Shown: positions 38,861 through 54,170, counted from the stretch's first letter. The stretch: DNA of 64,000 nt from Octopus bimaculoides (GCF_001194135.2 NC_068990.1:87472666-87536665); one strand, 5' to 3'. The notes: generated by a model not told the origin, from the letters alone. Translations and numbers: made by a program.

Positions 38861-41800
38861 GATGGTAACATTTTAAATTTTATCTGTTTGCCCATTTCAA
38901 ATTCTGTCTTTTATATAAAATAAAATCTGTTTCAATATAAAGTCTTTGAAAGAATTTGTATGTCATTAACTTTACCTCTTATTCCATTTTTAGATAAAAT
39001 AAAGTTTTATTAAGCGCTTTTTACTTGGGTAAATTACTGAAATTTTTATTGTCTTTCTCAGCGAGGTCTTAATAAATTAGTATTTAATATTGTTGAACTA
39101 AATACTTATATTTTAACAATATTATATTTTCTATTCTATTCTGCAAAGACTGTATGTACATTGTACAATATTTACATTAACTTGATTGAAGTATAGCCTG
39201 TCTTGGACTCCTGACCGGTACATCGTACCACATTTCAAAGATTATGCACCTATAGTCCAATAACAAAAAATAGCTACGAAATGTCTAATGAACAAAAGAG
39301 ACAATGAAACCCTCAAACTCCTAAGATGCAGTCTTAAATGTCAATTATATCACTGTTATAAAGAAAAATACTGCACACATGATAAACGGCTACCCACAAT
39401 GTTGTCTTCAAAACAATATGCAATGCTGTTCTACTGATAGATTGCATTTTGCTAATGATTTTCGTCAATTTTATTCCATTTACATCTCTTTTTCTCATGA
39501 ACTACCATGCAACATCGATCTCCATGACCAACACCTCACTACCAAACGTTTTTTGTAGAAGTTTTGAGCTACAAACTCTTTGCTGTAAAGGGGACTCTGT
39601 CATGGCTTGTTTTGTTACTGCAGGGAGCTGTCCTTCATTGACACGGAGGTTTATGTGTTTGATTAACATTCTACACCACGGTTTTTAGTCGTTGAGAGGC
39701 AACAATAGCTGCAGGAGAGCGTTTCTTTTTTTTTAATTATTCTTAGTTTTTATTCAGTTGTTTCTAATGATTGAAGTTTATTGTTGTCGCATTTTCTGAT
39801 ATTGAGTATTTAAGTACCTTTCCTTTTCATATCTAGTCTTTTTGTCCTCCATCTGTAATCTCTTCTGAATTGTTCTAGTGATGCGATCTCTCGCACACAG
39901 ACTTGCTTGACATCTGCTCTAATTGAACTGAATTCATTCTTGACCAATCAGTGATTAGTGCTCTACTAAATCAAGAGGCGTACCTAATGACTGACAACCC
40001 AGACACTCCTATCGGCCCTCTTCATACGCATGCGTTGCTGCACTACTGCCCAGCACACACAATATGGTTCACATATTTCTGATCTAAGAATAAGACATTT
40101 CTTTGCACGATGCTATCAACATAAGTGTGTTCTATCTATGTACGATACTGTCGATAGAACAGAACGCTTTTTAAATATGTTGTTGTCAGAACAAACCATT
40201 CTACACATGGTGCCATATGAAGTGCAAATTTTTCTATTCGCTGTCGTTAAAAGAGTAGGTCTTTTTCTACATACGTTCTTACATGTAGAAGAACAGCTAT
40301 TCATAATCTTTTAGATAAGACTTTACTTGAAAGCACTTTAATAGCTCATTGTATAGACACGCACACAGTAAAGATAGTCGCTTTAATTGTGAAGACACAT
40401 TCATCGTTTATACAAATTCAGTTGCTTGAACACAGGCGCAGTTTATACAAGCTCTCTTGTATTGACACATACAAACTCACACATACATACTTCCAAATGC
40501 ATACATGAACGCAGCATTCGCTGCTCAATTACCATAGCTTGCTCTGCTCGAATTAACATTCATTTTCGCTGAAATAGAAGCTTTTGTAAATTCACACATA
40601 TACTTCCAAATGCACAAGAAGTGGTAGAACGCAGCATTCACTGTTCAATTACCATGGCTTGCTTTGCCCGAATTAACATCCATTTTCGGTGAAATAGAAG
40701 CTTTTGTGATATCTTCAACATTATTCTGACACTTTGACTTATTGAAATCAAATACCAGTTGCAAGTTGGAATTATATTCCTTTTTATATTTTCCACGGAA
40801 TAAAGCAATTTGCTATAATTAATTCTGTACTCTACCTTCTACATTGATTGTAACTATATTTTCTTTCCAGGCTGAAATATTTGATGGTAACTTCAAGTTG
40901 TCTACTTGGCTGCTTTTTAAGTCTCTCTCCCCTTCGGGAAATGTATTGAAATATTTTAATTTTGTGCATCTATTTGCATATTTCAGGTTTTAGGCAGTTT
41001 TATTCCTTTCCCCCTGTTGACATAGGTCTGCACTTCTAAGATTATTGTCTGGTACAAAAGAAATGCCTGAGCATGTAAGTCATGTTGTGTTTATGATCAC
41101 CCTTTTCACATTCATCACTATTTGTCTCTATTAACAATATTACTGACGTTATATCTATACCCCTACTTCGAATTACGCTGATAATCAGTTTTGTGCTTCA
41201 TATTTCACTGATCAATAACATATGTAACAATGTAATCAGCTGTGGGCATCTTCCATTTTTGAAGCATTGTTCTGAATGCAACAGATCAAAGTAATTACCA
41301 ACATTGTTATCACTGTTGTTGTTGTTGCTGTTGATGGTAGTGGTGGTGCTATCATCACGTGTCTAATAAAGATTAAATATTTTGTCTTGTATTCTCAATG
41401 TTGATGTTAGACTTAATGCCAATATTGGAATTATTATTGCTATTTGGATAAATATTCCCACGCGCCAATAAAATGTGCATTCTCTTTATCTGCCCCCCCC
41501 CCCACAAAGAGAAAGGTAACTACTCTGACTGCTATATCTTAACTTCCGTCGTCGCCAATGGAGTCGTGTTGAAAATAATTTCTCACGTAAAAGCAGAAAG
41601 AAAATAAATAGCCCAAATTCTTTTCAGATATGAAGAAGATATATAAATAATTAAAATTTCTTCCTTTTCCTTCATATAACGTTAACAGAATAAACATTAA
41701 AAACTAGCATTTGAATGAAAAAAATATTACAAAATCAAAAGGAATGCTCTTGCGAATATGTCTTTCCGCCGCGGCAAAAGCCACCACAAACGGCAATAAG

Positions 41801-41988
41801 GAAAATAACATTTGCACGCACGCGCACCACCACCCCACACCCACCCACACACCCACACACACACACACACACACATGCACGCACGCACGCACGCACGCAC
41901 GCACGCTTATATATGTATAAATATACATACATATGTGTATGCATGAAAGTATGCATATATATGTATATATACATAGTGTGCATATATG

Positions 41989-42091
<103 letters not shown>

Positions 42092-42395
42092 TGACACGCA
42101 TGCACAGGTTATGGCTGCATACATGCATGCGTAGGTGGTTTGGGTGGGCGTATGTATGTCTTTATTTCCAGCTATTTCGTGATCAGCTCTATCTCAAATT
42201 CATGTCTCGTTTTATTCAGAACTATGCTGTTTATAATCTAACAATATATTTCGTTTATTTTTGCAGCTTAAACATTTCCTCGCGACAAGCTATTGCATGT
42301 TTTATTACAAAAATTAAGGACTGGGAAATAATTAAACACTGGTGATATTGCATTATTGATGTAGAGAAGACAAGATAGACTGATTAGATAGACGA

Positions 42396-42426
<31 letters not shown>

Positions 42427-43263
42427 GAATTATAAACAAAATATATTTTTAGTGTTGGCAGCATCATTCGCTACCAATTCAAAAATGCCACGGTTCAAAT
42501 TATTGCTAGCGTTTCTTTTTTGTCCTCTGGAGAGAAGATGGCAGAAGTCACTCCTTGACATCTGAGAAATAGCAGAGTCGGATATATATATATGTATATA
42601 TATATATAAATGCAGTATAAGGAAAGGGAAAAATTGTAATGTGTAGTCGATCTTTAATTCAATTCAAATCCATGTTGGTACGCAACCAATATACATTCTA
42701 CAAATTGTTTCGGAGTCTAATTAATTCCAAAGACAAAAACGAAAAACTCTTCATGAAATACAAATTAGATTCCTCATGAGGAATAACATACTAGTATGAA
42801 TGATTACGACCAACCAAAATACACATATATAAATATATGTGATCTATTTCTAGCACATTAAATGTCCACGTTAGTGGTCNNNNNNNNNNNNNNNNNNNNN
42901 NNNNNNNNNNNNNNNNNNNNNNNNNNNNNNNNNNNNNNNNNNNNNNNNNNNNNNNNNNNNNNNNNNNNNNNNNNNNNNNNNNNNNNNNNNNNNNNNNNNN
43001 NNNNNNNNNNNNNNNNNNNNNNNNNNNNNNNNNNNNNNNNNNNNNNNNNNNNNNNNNNNNNNNNNNNNNNNNNNNNNNNNNNNNNNNNNNNNNNNNNNNN
43101 NNNNNNNNNNNNNNNNNNNNNNNNNNNNNNNNNNNNNNNNNNNNNNNNNNNNNNNNNNNNNNNNNNNNNNNNNNNNNNNNNNNNNNNNNNNNNNNNNNNN
43201 NNNNNNNNNNNNNNNNNNNNNNNNNNNNNNNNNNNNNNNNNNNNNNNNNNNNNNNNNNNNNNN

Positions 43264-43299
<36 letters not shown>

Positions 43300-43937
43300 C
43301 ATACAAATATATATACATACATACATACATACACACACACACATATATATACCTTATATTTTGACGTTCATCTATTCAGGGTTGACAAAATAAAGAACCA
43401 GTCAAGTACTGAGGTTGACGATATCAACCAACCGCTCCCCTAAAATCTGTTGGTGTCCTTCCATAAGCGGAAACCATTATTCCAACCGAATCGACTACAC
43501 AACGCCGTCTCTTTGTCAAGTCTGCTTGATTCTTGTAGCTTCCACCCACGTAGTTTAAAACAAGTACCATGCAGAGATGTATTTAAGATGTAAATGCCTT
43601 GCAATCGTGATCAAGCATCTTTTTGAAATTATTTTAGTAATTTGAGCCTACAACAATAATATATCTATATTTTAATTTTGTTTATTTGTTTAAAAATAAT
43701 TTGATTTTATCTTTGAAATTCGTGTGCCATCAAATATGTTTATTTCATCGAATCTATCATTACACCTGCATTCAATAAAATAGCTCTGTTTTTTGTTTTC
43801 GTTATCTGAAAATTCTCAACAACTTCCTGTATCATTACTCGGATTTCTTTCCGAGATCGGTGAGGTGAAAATCTGCGTTACGAAAATTGTTATTTCAATT
43901 TTGATTATACATATACACACGCTGTTGCGCGCGAGCG

Positions 43938-43972
<35 letters not shown>

Positions 43973-43989
43973 CTTATATACCTTATATT

Positions 43990-44160
43990 TTTGTTTTAGT
44001 CATCAGACTACGGGCATGCTAAGGCACCGCCTTGAAGAATTTTTAGCCGAATGAATGGATCTCATTTTGTGAAAAGTCCGGTGCATATTCTATCGAAAAC
44101 TTTCGCCAAATCGCTGTTACGGGAACGTAAACAGACCAACACCAGTTGTCAAGCGGTGTC
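43990..44160 (-). mobile_element. SINE family C, 3' body
   Basis: Reverse complement of cttgacaac.ggtgttggt..tttacgt.cccgtaac..cggc.aaa..ttcaaggcggtgcc..agcatg. Confidence 0.7.
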
Positions 44161-44386
44161 TTTTATACACACAAACACATACAGAGAACGAGATTTATAT
44201 TATATATATTTAAAAAAAAATATATATATATGCATATATATATATATACATATATATATACATATATATATATATATGCATACATATATATACTTACAAA
44301 TATATACATACATAAATACATACATATATATATATATATGCACATACATATATATACATATATATACATATATATATATACATACA

Positions 44387-44456
<70 letters not shown>

Positions 44457-45210
44457 CATACNNNNNNNNNNNNNNNNNNNNNNNNNNNNNNNNNNNNNNN
44501 NNNNNNNNNNNNNNNNNNNNNNNNNNNNNNNNNNNNNNNNNNNNNNNNNNNNNNNNNNNNNNNNNNNNNNNNNNNNNNNNNNNNNNNNNNNNNNNNNNNN
44601 NNNNNNNNATATATATATATATATATATATATACATGCATACGTACATATGCACACGCAAGCATATAAATACACGTGTGTATTTATATACTTGTGTATGT
44701 ATACGGAAATAAAATGTGTGAATGATATTCACTTAGACTACACGGTCGATATCATTAAGGATGTCAGCACTATCACAATGTCCCTGTGCTACCAAGAGCT
44801 TGAATGAATTCACTTTGCTTTTCCTTCTTGCTGTTCATTCATATCAAGACATCAATCGCTTCAAACGCACCTCGAATTCTTAGATATTCACACTGTATGT
44901 TTAAATTTGAGATATAGCAGGAAGGATATTCGTACTAGAAGAAATATTTACATATGTGCACCACACCACACAGACACACAGACACACAGACACACACACA
45001 TATATATACATAAACGCATTTACATGTATGTACAAACGCGTTCACGTGAATACTTGCCTGTAGGCATATTCACATGCACAAACAATTATGCGTTTCCATC
45101 ACACACGCGCGCGAACGCAGAGTCACACACACACGCACTCATATGCATGCATTCAGCGTTATATATATATGCATATATACATGTTTAACACATTTGCACG
45201 TGCATATACA

Positions 45211-45252
<42 letters not shown>

Positions 45253-46501
45253 CATATATATATATATACACATACATGCACACACACACATACATACGTA
45301 CATATACATACACATATATATGCATACATACATACATACATACATATATATATAGAGAGAGAGAGTTGAACAGACGGCTATGTGTCCGGTCTCTCACTTT
45401 AATGTTGGGTTTTTGAGAATACGTAGTCAAACGTAAACGTACACTGAACGAAGAGTAAAGCTGAAACCACCGCGACTACTCATTGTTCGTTATCTTATAA
45501 AATTCATTCTATTCGTATTACAAACAAATATGTGTGTTATGATAGTGTTATGTTTATCTTCTTCGAATGATCACTTAAATGGCGTAATGACTTTTAATCA
45601 TTATGGCGTCTGTGCTTGTCTGTAAAGTTGCAAGCGGCGTTCACTTCCGCTCTCTTGTTTGCTGTGGTTTAAGGATTCTAAATTCCTGACTTTCAACGAT
45701 TTAGTTATTTATTTTGAACACATGCATAAAGACATATGGTCGTCTTTTAAATTCTGCATGCATCAACTTAAAGCTGTGTCAAGATATTCATGTACACAAA
45801 CGTGTTTGAATGTGTGTTTGAATCCGTTTCTTGTAACACAGATTGAGCACAGAAATATATCAAACAAATACAATCTGCAGATGGTAACAAGTTTCAGTCT
45901 CTCACTGCATCTACTCTAGGGGAAGACATTTCTCAATTCACCCCGTCTGCCTAGTTGGGCCATGTGAAGACAACAACACACTTGTTAAATATAAAATGCT
46001 GCCATATATTTACAGCAGAACACTGACTTCGGTAGACCAACCATCTGTGAATCTCAGTAGTTCGTGTTCAAATAGTGACAACTTTAACAAAAACAGCAAT
46101 GTATATGTTCATCCTATTTTAGAGCATCAAAAGCTCATACGCGCGCGATGGGGTTTCCACATAAACTCCATCTATAAAATTTACTAACAAGGCACTGGTT
46201 GCCTCAAGACTATATTACAAGACACTTGCCCAGAGTGCCGTGCCGTGCCGTAGCTGCGAAGCGAACTTCTTAATCACACAGCTACATATCTTCGTACACA
46301 TAGATTACTTTTCCACTAAGGTAAGGTCAATGCACACACACACATGTATATATATATATATACACATATCATTGTTCAGTTTAATTTTAAGATTTCTTGC
46401 CAATAAAGAATGAGCCGTTTTCCAATCTAGATCCAAGGTTCCTTCATTGGAATTTCAACAACATTAACAGGGTATTTTGTATGTATGTATGTATGTATGT
46501 A

Positions 46502-46534
<33 letters not shown>

Positions 46535-46695
46535 ATGTCATTATTCAGTTTTAGTCCAAGATTTCTTACCAATAGAGAAAGAGTTGAATTTCAACTTAGA
46601 TGGTTATTTTTAGAAATGATGACAGCAGTACCTTTTAGAGATTTTTATTTTTAGATATGGGGATAAGATTTTTAAACCTTAAATAAGATTATTTA

Positions 46696-47850
46696 TCATT
46701 GTTTATTAAACTTGGGCTTGAATTTATTAATAAAGTCCTTTTCTCTCAGTTTTCTCTCGATTTCATTCGGATTGTATAGTTTATGAAATGGAAATATTAT
46801 AAATATTTTCCGGCCACATGTTGCTAGGTGGTTACTCAGCGGTATTTGGCAGACTTCTGGATTTTTAATTTGTTGTCGGTGCACACGTGAGTGTTCTGAT
46901 AGTGCATTGCCTGTCTGGCTAACATACAGTTCTTCACAATTCGGGCATTTGATGCAGTAGATTAAATTTCTGCTTTTACAGTTCATATTTGCGTTTGTGA
47001 ATATTTTCCCCGTTTTTGTGTTCATATATGGGCCGGTATGAATTAATTGGCATGTACCGCATCGGCTATCATTGCATTTAGATACAGTGAATGGTTGGTC
47101 TTTGTTGCTAAGGTCAAACCTTGCCTTTGTTAATAAGCTTTTCAAGCTTTTAGGCTGTCTTTTACTGAGAGTTATAGTTTGGTCTGTAATGATATCTCTT
47201 AATTCCTTACCTTGAGCAATGATTGGTAGGTTTGCTTTAGCGATATTGAAGATGTTCTGGTGGCATGGATTGTGCGTCACTATAAATGGTATGATTTGTT
47301 CTTGTTTTTCTCTTCTTTGTGTTGTCCTCAGTTGTTGTGTGGGTATTTTCATAGCCCGCTGAATACCATTTTCTATAAGTAGTGACGGGTATTTTTGTTT
47401 GAGCAGAAATACTTTCAGTTCCATCAGGCGCTGATTCCTGATCTTCAAATCTTCTACAATGGTACACATTCTTCTGGCTAAGCAGTATCGGATGTTACGT
47501 TTTGTATACGGTGGAGGCACGATTTAACATTCAGGTATTGATGTATATCTGTGTGTTTATAATATATATCTGTGGTAATGGTAGTGTTCTTTTTAATTAG
47601 CATTATATCTAGGAATGGTAATTTGCTACTGCTAATTTCCTTTGTAAATTGGATGGATGGGTGTAGGTTGTTCAGGAGGATATTGAATTCTTCCACAGTG
47701 TTTTGAAATTTTGTCCAGATTACGAAGCAATCGTCGAGGTGTTTCTTCCATGCCTTTTCAATATACTTCCTAAATTCAGTGCTGTATCTCTCCTCTATTT
47801 CCTGGTAGAGTTTTTGTTCTAAGTATCCCATCACCGAGTTCGCGTAAACG
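46696..47850 (-). mobile_element. Penelope-like retroelement, 3' half: RT C-terminal part plus GIY-YIG endonuclease, one frameshift
   Basis: FAPVYANSVMGYLEQ..WKKHLDDCFVIW..NNLHPSIQFTKE..LPFLDIML..TDIYYKHTDIHQYL (RT palm/thumb), frameshifted into HTKRNI-like..YP..LLT.ARF..CNDSRCGTC..NCKSRNLIYCIKCPNCEELYVSQTG..HL (GIY-YIG). 5'-truncated at a (TA/CA)n tract. Confidence 0.92.
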
Positions 47851-50800
47851 GGAGCAAACATACATATATACATATATACACAAGCATACACGTATAGACA
47901 TGCATACAAATACACATACATATATATGCGTGTGTGTGTAGGTGTATCATCCTCTATTTTTGCAACTCATTATTAACATGACGGTTTTCCATCCCACACT
48001 CTTCTACCCTTCGCTCTTTGTCTGTGTGTCTCTCACATATGAATCAATGAATAGAAATGCCTATACTCATGGCTGCTGATTGGGGATATCGTAGATATGA
48101 CGAAAATATTATGCTTCGTGTAGTATTTAGCAGAGTGCTCGCTGAAATAGAACATATCAATAAAATTTTATGTGTGTGCGTGTGTATATGTGTTGCACGT
48201 GTGTGTCTATACATACACACATATAATATACGTAATTATACACTCATATACATACATACATACATACATAGAAACACATACACGCATATATAGGAAATTT
48301 GATTTTTGTTTTTCAATTTCAACGAGTTCTCTGCAAAATGCTGTGCGAAAAAAATCATCGTTATATATACGAAATATTTATTTATATTACTATTATTCCA
48401 TATATTTATATCTATAGATACAGTATGAGTTCTATAGATATATATGTGCCTGTATGTGTCTTTTTGTGTGTGCTTGCAAGTATTTCTGTAGATATTAAAG
48501 CATGTATTCATGTACGTTTGTCAATAAATGTTTTTCTATACATCTATACAAACAAGCGTGTTCTTCTTATGAGTGTATGAACGTACCACAGTTATAGACA
48601 TCCTCTAATTCCTTCTAAGCAACTGTCTCCATTTCCTATTCAGTGAATCTCTATTCCGTATATATCTGCACATGCACGTTCTATTATGCTGCTTTTAATA
48701 TATTTTTATTTTATTTTTCAATTATATTTTTATTATTTATTTACTCTTTTTTCTTACGATCTCTGATTTAGTTTCTGTATTTCATATTTTATTTTTTACT
48801 CATTATTTTCCTATCTTTCAATTTATTCCTTAATTCATATGCATACGATTCTCCTGGTATGAATGCGCGCACACATACACACATACACACGCACACGTAC
48901 ACACATATACACACACATGCACACGTCTATATGGATATATGTTATAACATATATATATATATGTATATGTATATATATATNNNNNNNNNNNNNNNNNNNN
49001 NNNNNNNNNNNNNNNNNNNNNNNNNNNNNNNNNNNNNNNNNNNNNNNNTATATATATAGGGACGTATGCATACTTACATTCACACACACACACACACACA
49101 CAAACACACATACTTTGGTTTCATATTTGGCTTGCAAGATTATTGATATGAACTCAGTGTTGAAACAAATCTTGTTGAATCGAAAGAAGGTCATTACGCA
49201 AATAGTATTAATCTCACGCATTGGTTCAATTTCACTTCTTTATTGTTAGTCAATCTAACCAACAAACTAATCGATCGTTTGTTTGATCAATTTGTTTAAT
49301 CATTGTTTAATTATTAATGAGGTCGCGAATGACGATGAAAGTATTTTGACAAATAACTTAATGACTGTTTAGCCAACAGATTAAACAGACGATCGATTAG
49401 TTATTTGGTGAGATGACTAACCAATTTACTAACAATAAAGGAGCCAAACTGAATCAGTGTGTGTGTTTCATATTATTAGCATAATGACCCTACCTATATG
49501 TTTGTATGCGTGTGTGTGTGTACGCGCGCACGCGTACACACACTATTAGAGAAGGAAATAGATTGGATCATGGCGTCGTCTTATGGGTTTATAAATAAGA
49601 AATATATTCGTAGCAAAAGAATTCCCTAAGACTTAATAAGTATACTCATAGGAATATTTATACCTTCGAAACGGTTCACTTTACACGAAATATATTCAGA
49701 GAAATAGTTATTTTCTTTTCTGGATGGAACTGATTCTGAAAACCATTAAACTCGTATCAGATTTATTAGATACATACTTCTATTTTTTATTGGAAGATCT
49801 TTATCAGCGGACATTATGGAAGTGATTATAAATTACTATAATATACTTATACGGAAGGGAGCTTCCAGCGACACTGAAAGTCAAATGGAATGAAGAACGA
49901 AAAATTCTTATGTGTTCCTGCAGTCAAATTCGTAAAAGTTTTACTATTTCAAATATCGTTATTGTCTTTATTGCTTACAAATATAATAATTATCATTAGT
50001 ATACTCTTTTAAAGAATTCTATCGTCTTATATTTCAAATATTTCACTTATTCGTTTTTATTACAATATCATCGATTAACCATTTCCTTAACATCGTTATT
50101 TCCTGTTCTCGTTTTTATCACCTCCCAGTGTGGTATATATTTTACAAACAAGCTTTACATTTTTTATTGTAATTTATTTCCCCATAAATTTTTTTTTTTT
50201 ACCGAAATTTCTTACTTTTGCTCGGATATTTTCTTATCTTAGCTATCTTCCATAATTTATTATGCCTAAATCTGCTCCCATATATGTTATTTCCTTATCT
50301 TAATTAGTTTTTATTTTCTCTTCTTTTTCTCTCTCCTTCCTCTTCTTTTCCCTACTTTTCCTTCTTGTTCATCTTTCTATTCTATATATTCCCTTCTTCA
50401 TAAACAACATTACTGACAGCCATGTCCTACCCAAACAATTAACCATTTATAGTAATTATCATATATAACCTACACTATCCAAGATTGTCTAGTCAATTCC
50501 ATTTCCTTCCTTAGTCAATTATCTTTTTTAATTCCTTTAACCTTTAACCGTTGACTCTTGCCCAGTCATCCACCAATCCCCACCTCTCTCTCTACTGTCC
50601 CTTTATTCTCAACTTCTACACATTAAAGTTATTTCTATTTATCATTTTTTTTTTATTATCAATACATTTTCTATTGCTTTTCAAGCATCAACTTCGCCTG
50701 AGGAAGTAAACTCACAGCTACTAAGTTCACGCTATCTCTATTTGTATTACTATGTTACTATTGAAATCAACACCAATATCATTTCTGTTTGACTATCTCC

Positions 50801-52064
50801 AAGAGAATCCCTAATTATGCACAACCGTTAATGTATTTTCTACCAATAAGCTCTACCTTTACACTATATCTTGTTTCATCTGTCATCTATTAAATTTCTT
50901 ATTTTTCTCAAATACTTTCTTATCTCAACTGCTTTCTATTAAGTCATATTGCCCTCAATCTTCTCACATATTTCATTTCCTATCTTCAGTTTTCTTTTCT
51001 ACTTCTCTTCTTTTTCTTTTTCTTTTCCTTTTTTTCCTTTCTTTTCCTCTGCTTTCTCTCTTCCTTTTTCTTCTGTTCCATCTTTTTTTCTCATTCTGCT
51101 ACATTTACTCTCATTTCCATAAACACTACTCGGGCGCACTACACCCCAAAATTTAACGTCTATAACAAACACCACACATGACCTAGACAATCCTCGATTG
51201 TCTAATCAAAGCCACTACTTCCTTTAACTAGTTATTTTTTTCTATTCTTACAACTGTCAGCATTTCACCCAATCATCCATCTCTTCTTCCTCCTCCTCTT
51301 TGGTGTACATTCATCATAGAATATTCACCACAAATATATATTTCAACAGTCATCGTTATCACAGAACCTATATCCGGAACTATAACCTTCACCTTAACAC
51401 ATCTTGTACTCCTATCAATCCCCAGTAATCTTTTTCTGCTTTATAGCTACATTTTTCTAAATTTTCTTTTCTTTATTATTAAATGAAAAATAGCATCACG
51501 TATAAAAGCCACGCTGTTTTTAAGTTGGCGAGACTTTTTCGATAATTCACTCTATTTTTCTGACACAGTAATCTAAAACTGTTACGTTTGTCTTCTGAAA
51601 GTGAAAGGCCATCTGCCAAAATGCCTATATTTACAGTTTGAGCACGGAATGGGCTTTATATATTCTTCCCGAATTTCTGCTTCGTAATGTTTAGTTTAAT
51701 TTTTCAGTACGGTTAAATATTTTTTCAATCAAAGGAATACTAAACCGAGGAGATGAAGCGAAACTCATACCTACTCTGTCGTTTAGAAAATAACTGCTAC
51801 TCTTGCTAGAAGGGAATGTGGCACAACTGCTGATGAAAACAAAACTAAAAAAGATATTCCCATTGTGTCTCGCAAAAGGTTATAAAAACGATATGAATGT
51901 ATCAGTATACACAACTATGAGAACAAACGGTTTTAATACTAAAATAAAGCAAACACTAAAAGTAAAGACCCAGTCTTATAGCTTACAAATGCAGTCAACT
52001 TTAACTAACGTACAGCAGTAAGAGATAACAAGATTTTTAAAGTTGATAACGTGACTTCAAAGAG

Positions 52065-52690
52065 TTATGTATATGATTGGGTAAATTTGGCATGGATCAG
52101 ACTGTGATGCATTGTCACAAGTTTTTCCAATATCTTTGAAGGAAATAGCAAGGTTTTTAGATTCGATATACTGCCATAAGTGTGTTCCTTTAAGATGACA
52201 CAAAAGCATAAATATTTAATTCTAAATTTTACAGAAGTGCACCTGAAAATAGCACAACCAGATGCTTTATCTTCGACTGGTATCTGTAGGATGTCTATTT
52301 TAAAGTGATAATTCAATACGCCAATGAAGAAACTTAATAGTTTTCGTTTTTCCTACATTTTTGAAACTAAATATGAATGAAATCGTTTGCTAGTCAGCAT
52401 GCAGTGTAAAATAAACCCGAAGTAAAAACGTTCGCATTGTTTTACAGCTTTTTTGAAAACCATAGCCTCGTTTTAAACTGGAATAAATTGATTTTGGAAT
52501 AAACTGAGCCAATCGTGCTAACAACAATAGTTTTATTGACGACAATAACATCACCTAGATAGGTATGAACTCGTTTGGTATTAATGATTATACTATCCAC
52601 CACTCTTTGAAAAGCATTTACATCATTAGTCAGGTCAAAAGTAACATTGTAAACTAGAATAAACGTAATCAATATCTTACAACTGTTATG
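52065..52690 (-). mobile_element. Decayed Ty3/Gypsy-type pol remnant (RT, RNase H, integrase N-terminal)
   Basis: TFDLTNDVNAFQRVVDSII..VHTYLGDVIV resembles PFGLxNAxxxFQR..YLDD; followed by ..DKASGCAI.. (TDAS-like) and LVTMHHSLIH (integrase HHCC-like). Confidence 0.5.
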
Positions 52691-52835
52691 TCTGGTGGCA
52701 TAGTGCTATGAAATTCAGTTTGCTGTAGAACTTATTTTGGATATAGAACGCATGAGATCATGACTGTGAGGAAGTGATCGACATCTGGAAAGAAATAGCG
52801 ATTTATCATTTATGAACAGTCGATACTGACTACTG

Positions 52836-52889
<54 letters not shown>

Positions 52890-53599
52890 TTGCTGCTGCT
52901 GTTACTTGCTCTCACTGTGGAGAGATTCGATGCCAAATAATAAGACAAGAAGTCTTTGTCAAACAGAGTCACAGGAAATCTTCAAAAATAGAAGTAGCTC
53001 TATATTCCAGCAGTTCCTAGCAAAGTTGCTTAGAATTTTGATATAGGGTTTATTTAAAATTTTCACCCGACTGTTGTCTTCCTGGCTGTAATTGGAGTCT
53101 GCCAAAGTATTTTGTATTTTGCGACATGAAGCAGATTCGATGGAGTGTAACTGTCGAAGTATTGTAGTCGTTATCTGTAATGTGGCTGAAAGTTGAATGT
53201 GATAGCTAATTAACAGAATGACTCATCAAGGCTACAGTAGTAGTAGTAGAAGTATTAGAAGAAGAAGAAGAAGAAGAAGAAGAAATTTAGTATNNNNNNN
53301 NNNAGAAGAAGAAGAAGAAGAAGAAGAAGAAGAAGAAGAAGAAGAAGAAGAAGAAGAAGAAGAAGAAGAAGAAGAAGAAGAAATGATATGATATTAGTGT
53401 AATATGCTAAGGCTAAAAATTCACAAATGTTACTCCAACTTTTTTGTTTCCGCAATTTGAAGAATTAAACCATGCATACATACATACATACATACATACA
53501 TACATACATGCATGCATGCATACATTGATGGTGAAACTCTTGCATCTGTGATCCAGAAACTCCAGGATGGAAAAGCACTTGGAAGAGACTTGATTGTTC

Positions 53600-54170
53600 G
53601 ATATTGGTACAAGAATCTAACCTTCTACCGACCATATCTTATCAATCTGTACTAGCAAGCTCTCAGTCGGAATAGTAGATACTACACTGGTTATCTCTGG
53701 TAGAGACAAAATTGATCCCCAAATGCAGAACCACCCACATGGCAAAAAACTACCGGTCAATTGCATGCCAGAACTAAATGTATAAGATGTATACAGCATG
53801 CTTAAACCTCTTCCTCCAAGGCTATTGTGAAAACGTCCCCCTGAAATGGTTTCAAACAATGACAAAATAACCGTAATGTGGGATATTCCAATTTACATAG
53901 GGAGTTTCAGGTTAATCTATCAGGAAAGGGAGTGCCACTTAATGGACGTATCAATTCCAGTGATATAACACCATGGAGAAATTGTAATAAGTTATGGAAA
54001 TGGAGATCATAAGAAATTGGAGACTGCAAAAATATAAAATAAAAACAATCTTTATGATAATGAGGGGCTTGAGAATGATTAAAACAGAAGCACATTGATA
54101 CACCAGAGCTTACATATTTACGCAACATACTGTAGACATAACATGTAGAGTACTTTGAATATACTAGAAA
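53600..54170 (+). mobile_element. RLE-clade LINE with a large internal deletion (RT N-terminus joined to RLE)
   Basis: HMAKNYRSIACQN*MYKMYTACLNLFLQGYCE is immediately followed by PEMVSNNDKITVMWDIPI..KECHLMDVSIP..IKTIFMIMRGLRMIK. Confidence 0.6.

Noticed and set aside
50100-51330. Long pyrimidine-rich tract (also purine-rich tracts at 20740-21320 and 31560-32200)
   Set aside because: Low complexity with no convincing protein motif; possibly very old LINE debris, but not supportable.
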